A stretch of 64,000 bases of DNA from the NCBI GenBank assembly GCA_951406725.2, contig OX597830.1, positions 7,812,001 through 7,876,000 of the forward strand, in the 5' to 3' direction. Positions within the stretch are counted from its first letter, which is position 1. Every line of letters starts with the position of its first letter. The translations under genes and the position numbers were made by a program. This document shows positions 1 through 13,977 of this stretch, piece by piece. Source of the stretch: Octopus vulgaris (lineage: Eukaryota). The notes beneath the pieces are model-generated. The model was given only the letters and a program-made list of their open reading frames with translations, did no database searches and had not been told where the DNA came from.

Positions 1-60
<60 letters not shown>

Positions 61-62
61 CA

Positions 63-645
63 TTATTTGGGGAGAGATTTGTGGTTTTAAAAAAACGCTT
101 ATATAATAAAAGAAAAGAAACTGTATTTTTATAAAAATAACATAAAGTTATCAATTTGATAATTTTATTCAATATAACCACCAAAAGCATTGATAACTGC
201 CTCTATGATGGGTGGAAATCGCTTACAAGCTCGGATTAAGTGGTCCTTGTTCATATCGGACATGACTCGAACTATGGCCGCTTTCAAAGAATATTTGGTG
301 TTATGGGGTGTTCATTGATATTTTTCTCAGCGATGCTCCAAACATAGTAGTCCAGTGGATTGAGATCTGGAGAATTAGGAGGCCAAATGTTTTGAGGTGA
401 TGTGATCATACAAATTATCGGCCATCCATTCTTCTGTCATTTGAGCTTTGTGTGATGGTGCAGAATATTGTTGAAAGACAGAATGCCTTCCATTGCATAC
501 ACTGTTGATCCAAAGCTTAACAACTTTATCCAGAACTTCGATATACGGAGCCGCATTCATCCTAAGGCTTTGTGGGAAAAAGTGAAGAGGTATCACATGT
601 CCTTCATCGCTAACAACATCCAAAACCGTGACACTTTCAGAAAAC
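63..645 (-). mobile_element. Tc1/mariner-superfamily (maT/DD37D-like) transposase remnant, 3' part
   Basis: Minus-strand ORF 375-623 reads VVSDEGHVIPLHFFPQ..FQQYSAPSHKA..EEWMADN. It continues after a frameshift into NSPDLNPLDYYVW..LKAAIVRVMS..GGYIE. Related to the copy at 39325-40290. Confidence 0.85.
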
Positions 646-1336
646 GATAAATTTATTAATCACGATGGTTCATTTATTTTCGTTCAGTATCTGGCGGTCA
701 TCTTAGAGGTGTCCCGTGTCAAAAAATATCATTCGTAGCAGACGTTCTCTCGACGTTGTTCACACATGCCTGACTTGGGATCAGAAGTTACAGCCTGAGT
801 TGTTATTTGTAATCGTAAAAATTGAAAGCAATTGAAATTCAATGTTTTCTTGAAACAATAAATTTCTCTAGAGATTAGGATTTGAATTCCAATCTATGAA
901 AAGATTCCATTCTGCAATATCCTTAAAGGGATGAAACATTATCCAACAACTCGGGCTAATACGAACGAGCCTGGTAGATGTAAAAGACTAACTGGCATCT
1001 CTTGTCAAGAGTAGAGGCGATGGTCAGATCGCTGGTGTTTGTTGTGCACTCTGCTGTCGTTATTTGATTGCTGTTATTCTGTGCATGTGTGAGCAAAGAT
1101 CAGTTGTGATTTGCGGGGTTGCTTTGTTTTAATCCTTAACTTAGAAATGGAGAAAGACATAGTGCTAGATGTAAAAAAAAGTAAGCCATCGGGGGGCAGA
1201 AAATATTGCAGAAAAACATGAAATTCTTTGAGCAAGCATGTGCCTTATGCGAAATCTGTAATGAGCCTGAGTAACACTGATGACCTGAAGTCGCCTCTGG
1301 TACATACACACATACATACATACACACACACATACA

Positions 1337-1367
<31 letters not shown>

Positions 1368-1388
1368 GTGTGTGTGTGTGTGTGGTTC

Positions 1389-1693
1389 GAGGTGCAATGG
1401 CCCAGTGGTTAGGGCAGCGGACTCGCGGTCGTAAGATTGCGCTTTCGATTTCCAGACCGGGCGTTGTGAGTGTTTATTGAACAAAAACACCTAAAGCTCC
1501 ACGAGGCGCCGGCAGTGGTGGGGGGGCGATTCCTGCTGTACTCTTTCGCCACAACTTTCACTCTTTCTTCTGTTGACCTGCTCGCTTAGCCAGCGGGGTG
1601 GCGTCATTTGAAGGCTAAAACAATGCGAAGCGCATTGTGACCAGCGATGTGTTGTAACATCTGACAGCCCGGTCGGTATCGTGATTACGTGAT
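1389..1693 (+). mobile_element. tRNA-derived SINE, head type B with tail A
   Basis: A-box-like tggcccagtggtt and B-box-like tttcgatt. Head/body shared with 7754-8058 (-) and 29777-30156 (+). Confidence 0.85.
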
Positions 1694-2035
1694 ATATATT
1701 TATATATATATATATGCTAGACTTGGTGTCATGTCCGTGTGTGTGTATATATATATACATATATAAATATGTGTGTGTATGTATAAATATCATTTATATA
1801 TATATATATCTTTATATCACATATGCACACAGTGTAGGTACTAATATGTACACTCACACAAACATTCAAACTCACAATGACATATACTAGCAGACGCATT
1901 TACAAATATATACACATTATTTGGTCTTAAGTCCGAGTAGAAAGAGATTGCGTATGTGTCAGTGTTTTTGTGTGTGTTTTTGCTTGCATGTGTATGCGCG
2001 CTTTTGCGTGCGTTCGCCTATGTGCGTTGTGTATG

Positions 2036-2081
<46 letters not shown>

Positions 2082-2952
2082 TCCCAGCAGCCTCTCTGGC
2101 AACCAGCCTGGCAACCAGCCTTCGTTCTGTAGTGTCTGGACGTTTTTCGACTTATCATGAGTTATGTCTTCTGTTTTCACGCTTGATTTAGCACAGTTGT
2201 AAAAGTCAAAAACTCACGGGAGAGGGAGGTAACTCTAGCACGTCACACACGCCACTACCATACACACACACATATCGATGGTATATGTGTGTAGAGGGTT
2301 TGCCTGTACGTGTGTGTGTGTGTGTGTGTGTGTGTGTAGTATATACGTATGCTCACTCGCTAGTACACAACATACATATATATATATTCATTGAGAAACA
2401 AACACAGATATCACACACATACAATGGCATACGCACACGTACGCAACACATACATACGTTATACAGTTATACAGGGATATATTTGTATATATCAACATAT
2501 ATATATATATATGTGTGTGTATGTATATGTATATATATATATATATATATACACATACACACACATATATATATGTATATATGTATATACGCGCACATAC
2601 ACATTATTCTGTGTATACGTGTGTGCGCTTATATGATGTATATGTGTGTGCAGTGTGTGTGTGTGTGTATATATATGCATACGTGTCTATGTGTGTGTAC
2701 TCATATATTTATGCACACATGCATCTATGCATATACATATATTCACGCAAAATGAAATGCAATTCACATAAGCACATGCACGCGCACACATCTATAAACA
2801 CATATACAGCCATATACGCACATACAAACACATACAAACACATACACACATGTATATATACATATATATATATGTATGTGTGTGCGTGTGTATGCATGTG
2901 TGTGTGTGCGTATGTATATGTGTATGTGCGTGTGTGTATGTGCGAGTGTGCA

Positions 2953-3010
<58 letters not shown>

Positions 3011-3529
3011 TATGCACACACCGGTGAAATGCTAGCCATATCAAGTCGGTGACTTTAGATCAATAAAAAATTGTATGGCAAAAGTCGAAGAGGAGGAGGA
3101 GGGGGAGTGGGGAGAGAGAGAGCGGTGGCAGTAAGAGGAGGAGGAGGACGTGTGAACGAGGAAACGGTATGTGTGTGATGTCTGCGTCTTGTGTTAGTGC
3201 GTCTCTTTGCACATGTACGTTTGTGTGTGTGTGTGTATGTGTGTGTATCTACCGTGTGTGGCGTGCATTATGTGTGCGTGTGTGTGTGTGTGTGTCTCCT
3301 CTGTGCGTATAAACGTGTGATGTGTGTGTGTGTGTGTGTGCCTCTGTGTGCGTGTGTGTGTGTGTGTGCAGGTAAGTGAAGATAGTAAGAGATGGTGGCG
3401 GGGGGGGTGTTGGTGGAAGGAGGAAAAAGAGTGGATGGCAAAGGTGCAGCGCGTCGTACCTGATATGTTTGTCACGTGTGTTGTGTATGTGGACTGAATG
3501 CGTGTTTGTATGAACATGCATATAGATAT

Positions 3530-3622
<93 letters not shown>

Positions 3623-3627
3623 TGGCT

Positions 3628-3662
<35 letters not shown>

Positions 3663-3668
3663 AGATGG

Positions 3669-3705
<37 letters not shown>

Positions 3706-3792
3706 TGGATAGACAGATAGATAGATAGATAGATAGATATAGCTAGATGTAGATATATATATACACATACATATATATATATAAATACATGC

Positions 3793-3824
<32 letters not shown>

Positions 3825-4159
3825 ATGTGTGTGTATGTTTGTATGTATGTAGGTATGTGTATGTATGTGTGTATGTGTGTATGTGTGTGTGTTGAATGTG
3901 TATGTTTTTTTACCGTGGTGAACTCCCTTATGTTTGTGATGGTACTAATGGTGATGGTTGCGGTACTGTCGGTGGTGGTGGGGTGGTGGTGATGGTGGTG
4001 GTGGTATCAGTGGTCGTGATAAACGTAGATTATGAATCAATTATTTAGATGACCAGGATGTTTTGTTTCCTTATTAAGCCCCATCTAAACACTAATGAAA
4101 ACCTATATTCGAAGAAATTCTAGCCATGACCATCCCATATCATTATTTATTATTATTAA

Positions 4160-4350
4160 GGCGGCGGGTTTGCAGAAACCTTAGCACGCCAGGCGAAATG
4201 CTTAAAGGTATTTCGTATCTTTACGTTCTGGGTTCAAATTCCGCCGAGGTCGAATATGCCTTTCGCTCTTTCGAAATCGATTCATTAAGTACCAGTTGCA
4301 TACTGCGATCGATCTAATCGACTGGACCCCTCCCCATTGTGCCCAGAGAA
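4160..4350 (+). mobile_element. Nin/Deu-domain-like SINE, degraded
   Basis: ggcggc..gcagaaac..ggttcaaattccgccgaggtcga..gcctttc..aagtaccagtt matches the better copies at 42661-43250 and 45599-45829. Confidence 0.8.
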
Positions 4351-4942
4351 GAAAAAATTATTACTACTATTATTGTTGTTGCTGTTGCGGTTGTTGTTGC
4401 TTTTATCATCATTAGAAACTTCACTGTTAAAAGCGTGTCTTTTCTTATTACATTTCATGTACATTTGGCTGTTATTTCTTGTAAACCGAGAGACCATGTA
4501 CGACTTTCGGGTAAGAGTGGCGGTGGTGCCACAAAGAGGAACAAATGCGACTAATGATGGGTAGGTGGGTGCTAAACGAAAGACAGGGGTGGATTGGGGG
4601 TAGACGGGGAAATAGGAAAGAAAGGAAGAGGAGGAGGATCAGTGGGGTGAATGAGGTAAAGGGGTGTGAGTGACTGGGATAAGGAGCAAGAATAAGGATT
4701 GAGAGGGAGAAAGAGAGAGGGAGAGGGTGAGATGTTGGGGAGGGGAAATGAGAAGGGTGGAAGTAGGTGGAGAAGGGGTGAATGGAGTGGGTTATGAAAT
4801 AATGTGGGAGAGAGACAGAACTTTGTCTAGATGTCAGGTTAGGGAAAAGGGGGTAGCAGAGTACCCGAACGAGGAACTGAACGGCCATTGAGAAAGAGGG
4901 AGAGAGGAGGAGAGGAGGAGAGGGGGAGAGGAGAGTGACAGG

Positions 4943-5002
<60 letters not shown>

Positions 5003-5053
5003 TACAGACAGACAGACAGATAGACCAACCTACTGACAGACAGACATACAGGC

Positions 5054-5094
<41 letters not shown>

Positions 5095-5369
5095 GGTGGA
5101 TGAAAGGACAGATACATAGAGAGATAATTACATATATAGAAATATAGAAAGAAAGCTGGTCGGTTCGCAGGAAGGGAAATAAATGGATGTAATAAGGTAG
5201 CTCCGATTGCTTCGAGCCAACATGGCCATCACCCCTGACAATGTCACTACATTTGCTCTCAAAAAAAAATGCGCCAGAGACAGCCCCTACTCTTAATTCA
5301 GCTCTTCCATTTCTCTCTCTCTCTTTCTATCTCTCTCACTGTTTCTTTCTCTTTCTCTTCCTTCCCCCC

Positions 5370-5402
<33 letters not shown>

Positions 5403-5586
5403 CCGCTCTTGAAAGAAATGTCCCAAGATGTTACGCAGGGTCTGAACTCGATACCATGTGGTTGATAAGCCAGCTACTTACCACACAGCCACTCCATATA
5501 TATATATTTTCAGAAATGTAACTACACGTGGACTGTTGGCAATCTTTTTCCTCCTTCTACTTTTTTGTTTGGACTTTTCTGCTTCC

Positions 5587-5623
5587 TGTTTCCGAAGAAG
5601 TACTGTACTCGAAACGTAAAACA
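5587..5623 (+). ncRNA. Minimal hammerhead-ribozyme-like motif in a PLE-type repeat
   Basis: tgttt-CCGAAGA-agtactgtactc-GAAAC-GTA-aaaca; stem I tgttt/aaaca pairs. The surrounding repeat (about 5520-5720) is similar to 49725-49910 (-). Confidence 0.6.
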
Positions 5624-5718
5624 ACCACTCTTTGCCTTCTCTGAGCGTCCTTTTAATAATTTGCTTGTGCTACGTCCCCACGTTGTTATTTTTCCTGTCT
5701 TTTTCTCCGATTTTTTAC

Positions 5719-5772
<54 letters not shown>

Positions 5773-5821
5773 TATTTCTAAATATATATATAAAGAGAGA
5801 AAGAGAGAAATTTATATATAT

Positions 5822-5880
<59 letters not shown>

Positions 5881-5922
5881 TATACATATATGCATACATA
5901 CACACACACACACACACACAAA

Positions 5923-5977
<55 letters not shown>

Positions 5978-6767
5978 GTTTCGAATTTGTGTGAACGTGT
6001 ATAGAATAATACATCAGTTAAACACATTTGAAATCTGATGATTACTCTATGTATAAAAGCGCTAATTTAATTTTATGAGCATTACAAAATAATTTTTATA
6101 CTAAAATACCATAATGAAAAGCGTGAAAACCAGATCATGTTTTAACTTTATTCAGTGCGTTTTTGTAAGTGCGTTTGTGCGTGTGTATGGATGGCTAGCT
6201 GGTAGGTAGGTAGGTAGGTAGGTAGGTAGATAGGTAGGTAGGTAGGTAGGTAGGTAGGTAGGTAGGTAGGCAGGCATTCAGGTATAGTTGCAAATTTCTT
6301 TCAGCAATCATAGACAAGTTTCCTGCTGTTCGTTACAGGGTCTTGTTAGATATATTTCTGTTAATTCCTATAACGTTACGTTTTATGATTAATATCAAAA
6401 ATTAATTGCACAAAATACTAATTACTCTTCTGATATTTATATGTTGGAGCGAGGAAGACCTTGCGTAGGACGGTTGTATAAATTCTCCCTTTTTTGTGAG
6501 ATGTAGTGGAGTCACAATGGCTCCCTGTTGTCCTCGTTGTTATAATACATGTTGCCGTTGTCTTTTTTTTTTTGGCATTTCACTCATTTTATTTCTTTTA
6601 TTTATTTATTTTGCTTCTTTTCTTTCGTGCCTTAATCTGTGGTGCTTAATTATTCTATTTAATAAATACAGTGATTCGATAAACACTCCTAACGTCTGTA
6701 TGCCCTGGGTAACAATTACAAAATCTGAGGTCTACCTCTTTCATGTTTCAATACATTTACGTATATA

Positions 6768-7190
6768 GGCGTAGGAGTAGCTGTGTGGTACGTAGCTTGC
6801 TTACGAACCACATGGTTCCGGGTTCAGTCCCACTGCGTGGCACCTTGGGCAAGTGCCTTCTACTATAGCCTCGGGCCGACCAAAGCCTTGTGAGTGGATT
6901 TGGTAGACGGAAACTGAAAGAAACCCGTCGTATATATGTATATGTATATATATATATGAGTGTGTCTTTGTGTGTCTGTGTTTGTCCCCTCCCCAACATC
7001 GCTTGACAACCGATGCTGGTGTGTTTACGTCCCCGTAACTTAGCAGTTCGGCCAAAGAGAACGATAGAATAAGTACTAGGCTTACAAAGAATAAGTCCTA
7101 GGGTCGATTTGCTCGAAAAAGGGTGGTGCTCCAGCATGGCCACAGTCAAATGACTGAAACAATTAAAAGAGTAAAAGAGAGTACAAGAGT
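6768..7190 (+). mobile_element. tRNA-derived CORE-like SINE (type A) with internal microsatellite, full length
   Basis: tRNA-like head (agctgtgtggta..ggttcagtccc), CORE-like caccttgggcaagtg, internal (TA/TG)n and (taaaagag)n tail. Many copies in the window. Confidence 0.9.
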
Positions 7191-7343
7191 ATATTATGTC
7201 GGTCATCAGAGGGCCGTTCTGTAGTTTGGAGTACAGTGTTTCTGTCATGTATTATTCGTGGTGGTGGTTATTTGAGGTGTGCTCTATAGCATATTGTTAT
7301 TGTTACTGTTACAGTTCTATATTTAAGAGATGAGGAATTATGT

Positions 7344-7506
7344 ACATCATTTACATTAATTACATTTGACGGATATTTGTCCTCATCTTATTTGTTGTTA
7401 ATGCAACGTTTCGGCTGATATACTCTCCCGCCTTCATCGGGTGTCTTCGGGAAATTTCGAACCTGGGTTCTCATTCCTAAGGTATTTTTTTGATTCCAGG
7501 CAGTGA

Positions 7507-7565
<59 letters not shown>

Positions 7566-7755
7566 GTAGTAGTAGTAGTAGTAGTAGTAGTTGTAGTAGT
7601 AGTAGTAGTAACATCGAAAAAACTACCTTAGGAATGAGAACTCAGGTTCGAAATTTCCTCAGGATACCTGATGAAGGCTGGAGGGTATATCAGCCGAAAG
7701 GTTGTGTTAACAACAAACAAGATGAGGACAAATATCCGTCAAATGTAAATAATGT
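7344..7755. repeat. Inverted repeat (~135-bp arms) around an (AAT)n(AGT)n spacer; each arm carries a hammerhead motif
   Basis: 7359-7494 is the reverse complement of 7613-7750. The + arm reads gatac-CTGATGA-a-ggctg..cagcc-GAAAG-GTT-gtgt; the - arm has CCGATGA..GAAAC-GTT. Confidence 0.9.
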
Positions 7756-8058
7756 TGTTGTTGTTTGTTCTCAAGCCACGCTTGGCTCATAAGGGCCGGT
7801 TTACCGGTTTCGTTGACGCATGGGTTCTCCACCTGGACGGGACGCCGGTCCGTTTCAGGTAAGCTGCGAGATGCAAGAGGAAAGAATGAGAGAAAGTTGT
7901 GGCGAAAGAGTCAGCAGAAGTTCACCATCACCTTCTGCCGGAAACGCGTAGAGCTTAGTTGTTTCGCTCATAAACACACACAACGCCCGGTCTGAGATTC
8001 GAACCCGCGATCCCTCGACCGCGAGTCGCTACTCTAACCACTAGACCATGTCCCTCCA
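7754..8058 (-). mobile_element. tRNA-derived SINE, head type B with tail B
   Basis: Reverse complement of the 1389/29777 head and body, followed by a different 3' region ending in (aac)n. Confidence 0.85.
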
Positions 8059-8059
8059 C

Positions 8060-9870
8060 GTTCTCTAGTATAAATGAGTGGTTTGTTTGTTGCTGGCCAA
8101 GACATTTTTTTTTATCTGACTGTTTCTTTTGTATTACTAGCAGCTTTCGTTGAAAGTTTGTATTGTACTTTGAAGGAGAGTAACCTGTTGCTCGTCTAAC
8201 GTCTTTTAATCTGCGTCTGTCGTATATTATCAATAGTGATGGCCATCTGGAGTTTGTACTCCTAGTATTAGTCATAGTTTATAACTGTGTCTTATTCCAT
8301 TTCGTGAACTTATTTGATAACGTGTTTGTCTCTTTTAGAACCGGGATACGTTTGGTTCGTGTTGTGTTTGTTGTTGTAGTGGTAGTTGTTATAGTTCTTA
8401 TATTGCTGCTACTTCTACCAACCGATCGACCTATGGCTCGAACGCCTTTCATTATAACGCCATTTTTAATCACATAGAACCTGTAGAAAATATAGACTCA
8501 ACCAACCAAGAAAATACAGAACAAATAGCACAGATAGGAAAATATATTTTCTGCTCGCCAGGGACAAGTCAGTTTGACTAAAAGAATGTGGCGAAACCAC
8601 ATGATAAATTTATGATTAGTCTAAAAGGACTTTAATTTCTTATCTTAAGAATTTTACTTTATCTCATTTAAATAATTTAAATGTAAGAAACATTACTCAA
8701 AATACAGTGAAATATTATAAATCAGAAGTGAACACAGCTTTTTATCTTCAACGCACAAGTGAGTCTGTATATTTTAGATGCAGACTCACATGACTGCATA
8801 CAATATAAGCATATAAAGAACTCATATATGTATGAAGTAACGATCCAGCTAATACACGCTTCCTAATACTGTTCTCGGTATGCATACTGTATTTTGTTCC
8901 GTCATAACAGCGTGAGTTGAACAATATATATGTTCAAGTGGTAGATGTCTTCTTTTCTTTTGTAGTGATGCATGTCAAATGAACTGTGATCCATCTGAGT
9001 GAGAGTGTGTAACCACTTTGTTGTGTAGGGTCTCTGTAATTTGATGTGTTTTATTTTGTTGGTAGGTGTCTATAACTCATGTGTGATTGATCTTATGTAC
9101 TTCAATGTCGAGTAGTGATTGCGGAATGTATAATACGTGGCGTTGTATCAGCTGTGTAGAATTTGATTGGTGAAAGCTGTTGCTATTTTTGTGTCGGGTA
9201 ACGTTGGTTGTGCACGGTAGCTATTGAATCACTTGTATTATATTGTTTAGTGAAGACTCCATGAAACATGTGTTCTTTTCTACTCTAGGCACAAGGCCCG
9301 AAATTTTGGGGGAGGGACCAGTCGATTAGATCGATCACAGTACGCAACTGGTACTTAATTTATCGACCCCGAAAGGATAAAAGATAAAGTCGACCTCGGC
9401 GAAATTTGAACTCAGAACATAAAGACAGATGAAATGCCTATTTCTTTATTACCCACAAGGGGCTAAACATAGAGGGGACAAACAAGTACAGACAAAGAGA
9501 TTAAGTCGATTACATCGACCCCAGTGCGTAACTGGTACTTATTTAATCGACCCCGAAAGGGTGAAAGGCAACGTTGACTTCGGCGGAATTTGAACTCAGA
9601 ACGTAGCGGCAGATGAAATACTGCTAAGCATTTCGCCCGGCTTGCTAACGTTTCTGCCAGCTCGCCGTCTTCCTCCAAAACGTGTTGTATAAGCTATGGT
9701 ATATTATCGAATGTTGGTTGTGTAGCGAAAGTGTTGCGTGGACTGTATTACATTGTTTTGTGAAGATGCTGTAGATTTCGTGTTGAGTGAACAATTTTAC
9801 TGAGTATTTATCGTATAGGGTACTTGTTGTGTGCATTAAAGATAGTGTTTGCGATAAAAGTAAAAATAGA
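8060..9870 (-). mobile_element. Possible heavily degraded Penelope-like element (RT to GIY-YIG), interrupted by a SINE
   Basis: Only weak frameshifted echoes: LDIE, Y.G.KY..LAG near 8850-9110, and a QT..KRR..E-like GIY-YIG echo near 8190-8260. Confidence 0.3.
9276..9669 (-). mobile_element. Nin/Deu-domain SINE with two tandem body units
   Basis: Head at 9620-9669. The Nin-like core gcctttcaccctttcggggtcgattaaataagtaccag occurs twice, with two different tails. Confidence 0.9.
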
Positions 9871-10665
9871 GGCTGAGTCCATGACTTTTGCTGGCTCTCT
9901 GGGTTTTATGAGGATCTTCCCGTTAATACTCTATGGCAGGTCAGCAGCTGCAGGAAAGACATGAACGATTTTCTGCGGGGCAAATGTCATGGTATACTGG
10001 GTCGAGGCGTGGAGGTGGATTCAGAAAGAGTAACAAGACGAGTGGGCCGAAGTGCCTGATTGATGGAGATACGAGAACAGCGAGCTTCGTGGAACAAAGA
10101 CCATAGTAGCAGCAACAGAAAATTCAGAAGAGACAGCACACGCCAGTGGCGGGCAGGGGATTGGTCGGTGTCTATCGATAATTAAATGCCAATTCGTTGC
10201 GGTCCAGAATGTCTTTCTTCTAAGGAATTGAAAGTTCCAGCGTAGTCCATACTTAAGAGCCAGGCAGGAATATATTTAATATGATTGTCTAACATCCAAG
10301 AAATTTTATTATACGAAGAAGAGTGTGGTATAGTCGATATGGCGGTAGGATGGCAACAAGAATCAGGGGAAGATTTTTGGTTAGAAGCTCTCTGACTAAT
10401 CCAGACATTTCCAGGGAGGTGTTCTGAATTGTTGTATGTCGATATTCAACCCCGTTTTTGTGTCTTTCTTTTTTGGAGGTCGGTGGACTTTCTGGTATCT
10501 TCTTCTCCTTATTAATACCATTTTTTTCATTATTATTTTTCGATATTTTTGACGTTAATTTGTTAGTTTCACATTTTCCTCCATATGAAAAAAAAACTCT
10601 TATCTTTTTTGTCTCTCGTTCTCAACACCCAGGAACCCCGTGGCCTGTGGCCAATAAATGAAACC

Positions 10666-10768
10666 ATTATTATTATTATTATAATTATTATTGTTATTAA
10701 TATTATTATTATCATTATTATTATTATCATTATTATTATTATTATCATTATTATTATCATTATTATTA

Positions 10769-10827
<59 letters not shown>

Positions 10828-10858
10828 GTTATTAATATTATTATTATCATTATTATTA

Positions 10859-10929
<71 letters not shown>

Positions 10930-10957
10930 ATTATTATTATCATTATTATTATCATCA

Positions 10958-11010
<53 letters not shown>

Positions 11011-11092
11011 ACTATTGTTATTATTGTTGACGTTGCTCTTGTTACTGTTATTATTCTTTTTATTATTATTAATATCATTATTATTATTATTA
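10666..11092. repeat. (ATT/ATC)n trinucleotide microsatellite, ~430 bp
   Basis: Directly visible; source of the poly-I/N/L pseudo-ORFs. Confidence 0.97.
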
Positions 11093-11950
11093 TGGTTCCT
11101 TTTGTTATTATTACTGTTACAGGCGTAGAGGTTGTTGTTACTGTCGTCTAATAATTGTTCCCTGTGTATTTCGGGGCCTTCCAATGGGATGGGTTTCTGT
11201 GTCGGTGTCAGTAGTAGTTTTGGCGACAAAACTCTGAAGGTCAAAACAGAAGATGGAGGAGATCTGAAGGTCAAATAAAGTACAGCAACATAAAGGTCAG
11301 AGGTCACTCAGTGCATACATCGCCAGGAAAAAATATATAAATGTTGGTCACACACACATACATACACATATATATATATACATATTTACATACGTATATA
11401 TACATACATACACTCACATATACACATATATATATATGTATTTAATATTTATATAAATATACATACTTATATGTATGACTAAATGTGTATATATACGTAT
11501 ATATATATGTATACATGTGTGTGTATGTATATATATGAATATAATAAATTTATACACACATACACACACATACACTCACATACAGATAAATATATAACGA
11601 GACCGGGAGATACTATGAACGAGGTATATATATATATTGTGCACATTAATAAAGTATATGTATGCATCTATGCATATCTATGTGTGTGTGTGTGTGTGTG
11701 TACGAGTGTGTGGAAGCATGTTTATATGAATGTATGTATGTATGTATGTATGTATGTATATATATATATATATACATATACACATACATAGACATTTGTA
11801 TATATATATATACATACATATATACACACACATATGTATATATATATATATATACATACATATATACACACATATGTATATATATATACATACATATACA
11901 TATATACACACACATATATATACATATATACACACACATATATACATATA

Positions 11951-13402
11951 CACTGGATGCTGGCTATATTCCAAAAAACCTTCTGTCCCAGTCTGTTGTC
12001 CCAGTTTTCAAAAAGGGAAACAAGTCCCTTGCAGTGAATTACCGTCCGATCTCACTCACCTCTCATATCATCAAGGTATTTGAGAGGGTGGTGAGATCTC
12101 GAATAACCCAATTTCTGGAAAGCAACAGACGGCTGATCTCCAACCAACATGGGTTCCGTAATGGAAGGGACTGCCTAACGCAGCTCCTGCATCACTTTGA
12201 GGACATTTTGAGAGCTTTGGGAGAGGGCTCCAACACCGATGTCATCTACCTTGATTTCAGTAAGGCCTTCGACAGGGTCGATCACAAGATCCTATTGAAA
12301 AAACTATCCAACATTGGTGTCTCTGGAAAGTTACTGAAATGGATCAAGTGTTTCCTGACAGACAGATCTCAACATGTTGTAGTTGAAGGGGTAAAATCAA
12401 GCCCAGCCAAAGTCAGTAGTGGCGTTCCGCAAGGCACTGTGCTGGGCCCACTTCTTTTCATCATTTACATTAATGATATTAATGATATCATCAAGCACAG
12501 CAACATAAAAATCTTTGCAGATGACTCCAAGCTACAGAAGGTTATAAATGAGGCGAGTGACCGGACATGCCTTCAGTCAGATCTACTGGCTGTTATCCAA
12601 TGTGCAGAAAAAAACAATATGCTGCTGAACGAGAATAAATTTGAGCTAATCCACTTTGGAAAAGAGGATGCCCTGAAACTCCCATACTCCCTTCCTTCAG
12701 GTGAAACTCTCGCGGCGTCCAACAACATCAGAGACTTGGGAGTAATTTTGGACAACAACATAAGCTGGGCCACTCATATAAACACCAAAGTTGACATGGC
12801 CCGCAGAATGTGTTCCTGGATTCTCAGAACTTTCCAGTCGAGAGATATCCACACCATTATCCTTCTCTTCTCCACTTTTTCCCGACCCCACCTTGAATAC
12901 TGTTGTCCACTGTGGTCTCCCCACACAATACAAGGTATCATAAAAGTTGAAGCACCACAAAGGGCAATCACAAAAAAGATAGATGGCATGACAGGCCTCG
13001 ACTATTGGGGTCGACTAGAAAAGCTAAAACTCTATTCTCTCCAACGTCGTCGTGAGCGCTACATCATCTGCATGATGTGGAAAATATTCCATCAGCATTG
13101 CCCAAATGATGTTGGCATCACCTTCAAGGTACATCCAAGGCTTGGGCCCCGTGCCATCCGCCCAAAACAAAAATCGCACTCTCATCTCATAACAACAATA
13201 CGGCACAATTATTTCACCTCAATTGGCCCCGCTCTCTTTAACATTACACCAAAACACATTAAAACAGAAACTGACCCTATAGGGTTCAAGAAGTCTTTTG
13301 GACAGATTCCTTCAAGAAATCCCGGATAAACCCCCTACACCCGGATATGTCTCTGTAAACAATAACTCTCTACTTGAGTGGGCCATAGTGCCCAAATTCT
13401 GA
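11951..13402 (+). pseudogene. LINE ORF2 reverse transcriptase domain, 5' truncated, one frameshift near the C-terminus
   Basis: Motifs [64 protein letters not shown] shift at tctttt (~13294) restores [23 protein letters not shown]. Confidence 0.93.
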
Positions 13403-13495
13403 CTTGAAAGACTTCACCAGGTGGTGCTATTAAGTTAGACATGGCCTGGGCCAATAATGGCCGAAACCTATCAAAGTATCAAAGTATCAAAGTAT
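11951..13495 (+). mobile_element. 5'-truncated CR1-type non-LTR retrotransposon (LINE)
   Basis: RT ORF plus 3' UTR ending in (TATCAAAG)x3 at about 13469-13493; inserted in a TA/CA microsatellite. Confidence 0.92.
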
Positions 13496-13977
13496 ATACG
13501 CAATGCATCTATGGGCATCTATCAATTTATCTCCCTCTCTATATGTGTACAGACACACACACACACACACATATATATATTAAGTGAAAGATAGAGAGGG
13601 GGGGAGAGAGGGTCTGTGCGCGCGCACGAGTGTTTGGGTTGGAATTAAACTAAAACTTGAACTCAGAACCTCACGACCAAGCACAAATCTCGCGCAGACA
13701 TTTCATCTGTGGCTCTACCGATTCGGGCAACCCACTGCCCTCTAATAATATCTGATTTAAACACAATTCTAGTCGTTTGAAAAATTTGGCTTTAGATTTT
13801 ACCAACAACCTGGGTATTTGACTTGCCCTTTATTGTATCAGCCCCTTAAAAAGATGAAAGTAAAATTAACCTCGATGGGGTTTGAATTCAGAACGAAAAG
13901 ACCCAGAAATATGCACGAAGGGAATTCCTCGGCACTTACTCTTTCTGTCAATCTCCCACCCTTATTTGGAAGTAGTA

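Noticed and set aside
3365-3380. Perfect splice donor CAG|GTAAGT
   Set aside because: Upstream sequence is (TG)n with no credible exon.
10569-11307. Poly-I/N/L ORFs
   Set aside because: (ATT)n microsatellite.
11662-11950. N-terminal ~95 aa of the 555-aa ORF
   Set aside because: Read-through of a (TA/CA)n microsatellite, not part of the RT protein.
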